DNA of 64,000 bases from Felis catus. Lineage: Eukaryota. Position numbers and translations under genes: made by a program. Below the pieces are notes generated by a model, which ran no database searches, was not told where the DNA came from, and saw nothing but the letters and a program-made list of their open reading frames with translations. Shown here piece by piece: positions 61,975-64,000 of the stretch; positions within the stretch are counted from its first letter, which is position 1, and each line of letters begins with the position of its first letter. Location: positions 123,258,001-123,322,000 of the forward strand of contig NC_058368.1 of NCBI RefSeq assembly GCF_018350175.1, written 5' to 3'.

Positions 61975-63890
61975 ACTTAATAGGTATTTTTTTAGATCAC
62001 TTTTAAGATCATAGCAAAATTGAGCAGGAAATACATAGGATTCTTAAAAATACCCTCCCCTCCTTCTCCACCATCAACATGCCCCGCCAGTGGGCATTAC
62101 TTACAACGATTCAACATTGACACATCATTATTAACCAAAGGCCATAGTTGGAAATAGGGTTGCTCTTTGTGTTGTACATTCTCTGGGTTTTGACAAAAGT
62201 ATCAACATGGATCACTATCATTGTGCCATATAGAATAGTTTCAAAGCCCTCAAAATCCCCTGTGCTCTACCTATTCATCCTTCTCTCCCCTTGAACCTCT
62301 GACAATCACTGATTTTTTTTTACTGTTGATTAGGAGAACAAAGGCAAGAGAAATGTAGCCAAAATTAAAATTTCTTACAACTTGCAGCCCACTGATAAAT
62401 ACCTGAGACATGCAGAGTGTGACATTCCTCAAGGAACTTATGGCTGCCTTATGGTTAATGTGCTAGAGACTAAAACCAACTAACTTTATTTTGAAAATAG
62501 CCAAATTTCCAGGATCATATAACTCTCCTATAACATGCAGAAATCCCTTTAGAGACTTAGGTTATCTCTACCCTTCCTCTGCCAAACTTAAAAGTATATA
62601 ACTAGTCACTCCTCACAATCCAGTGCAGCTCTTTCTGCCTATGGGTGCTGTCTTTGAACTATTTATATAATAAAAGCACTTTTGTGCACCATAAAATGTC
62701 TCAAGAATTCTTTCTTGACAGTTTCGCTCAATGACTCAGCATCACTGTCTCTATAGTTTTGCCTTTTTTAGAATGTCATTTAGTTGGAATCACACTTTAT
62801 ATAACTCTTTATGGTTTCTGGATCCCAGTTTCAACGTGGGAGGGAGGATTTCCCCAACACCAAGCAATTCTCGGACACTAGCTGGGTGTCCCGTAATTCA
62901 AATTAATTCTGACACTATCTACCCAGAGATGGCATTAGATCCCACAGGTTAAGGAACCCCTCACCCACTTCAGAAGCCAGTCACAAGCTCAGATTGTCAC
63001 CTGTGCTTCTGACTGATGGGCTACAGATGAGAGGTTCCAATTGCAAATCCAGCATGTTACCTGAACTTCTGACCAACCCAGAAGCTCTCCCAACTGCCTC
63101 CTTTGGTGTTTCTATGGAGACTTCATTGCAAAGCATAACTGATAAAGTCATTGACCACTGGGGATTTATTCAACCTCTAGCCCCTCTCCCCTCCTCAGAG
63201 ATCACGGGGCGGGGGGCGGGGGTTGGGGGGTGGCATGGGAAGGGGTGCAACTGAAAGTTCCAAACCTCTAGTTACAAGGTTGTCTCCTCTGGCAACGAAC
63301 CCCCATCCCTAAGCCTTTACGAGAGTCACCATTAACATAACCAAAGATACCTTTAGCACCCTCAACACTTAGAAAATTCCAAGGATTTAGGGAGCTGTGA
63401 GGCAGGAACCACAGAAGAAGACCAAATACATATAAGAATAAATCATAATATTGCAGTAGCCTTAACCGATTGACTTCTTTTACTTAACCATATACATTTA
63501 AATTTCCTCCTTGTCTTTTTGTGACTGCTTTACATCCTGTTACCATTCGATGTTGTCAGTGCTTTGGATTTTAACCATTCCGATAGTGTGTAGTGATATC
63601 CTATTGTTTTAATTTGCAATTCCCTAAAGACATATGATTTTGAGCAATTTTTCATATATTTTTTACTGTCTGTATATCTCCCCTGGTAAGGAAGTTCAGG
63701 TCTTTTGCCCATCTTTAACTTGAATTGCTCATTTTCTTATTGTTGAGTTTTAAGAAATTTTTGGATATTTTGGGTAATGGTCCTTTGTTATATACATCTT
63801 TGGCAAATATTTTCTTCCAGTCAGTGGCTTACCTTCTCATTCTCTTGACAGTTCTCTTCTGCAATGAAGAAATTTTGAATTTTAATAAAC
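61975..63890 (-). mobile_element. Old L1 3' region interrupted by two LTR-like insertions (about 62323-62744 and 62800-63455, the latter MER21-like)
   Basis: L1 text stops at actgattttttttac and resumes at ctgtctctatagttttgcc. ORF 63530-63712(-) is ORF2-like. The inserts have TG...CA-like ends and promoter/polyA-like motifs. Confidence 0.65.
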
Positions 63891-63893
63891 TCT

Positions 63894-64000
63894 TGAGACA
63901 GGGAAACTGAAGGACTCCATAAAAATCTGCTTCTTCCTCCTTTTCCCGCTTCTGTTTTTGCTAGGACCTGCACCCCCACCCCACCTCACACATACCTGGT
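63894..64000. mobile_element. Start of another LTR-like element (runs off the window)
   Basis: Abrupt switch from L1 text to TGAGACAGGGAAACTG... Confidence 0.35.

Overview
This is AT-rich mammalian genomic DNA, very probably felid: it carries dozens of carnivore tRNA-derived SINEC/Can-SINE copies, including young feline-type ones, and feline-type L1 3' ends. It is part of the SPINK (Kazal-type serine protease inhibitor) cluster. Reading exons by hand (the ORF track misses most of them) gives three spliced + strand genes. (1) 1213-6475 is a two-domain Kazal inhibitor matching the carnivore double-headed submandibular protease inhibitor (bikazin). Its frame closes only if a 2-nt micro-exon (AG at 2083-2084) is included. 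(2) SPINK14 lies at 14987-18731 and appears to use a shifted exon-2 acceptor. (3) SPINK6 lies at 42066-54492 and is intact. The rest is intron/intergenic DNA full of SINEs, L1/L2/CR1 fragments, MaLR/ERV LTRs and microsatellites, including a three-layer L1 nest joined at homologous positions. Nearly all listed ORFs are spurious or repeat-derived. Repeat family names and orthologue comparisons come from memory, not from a search, and repeat boundaries are approximate.
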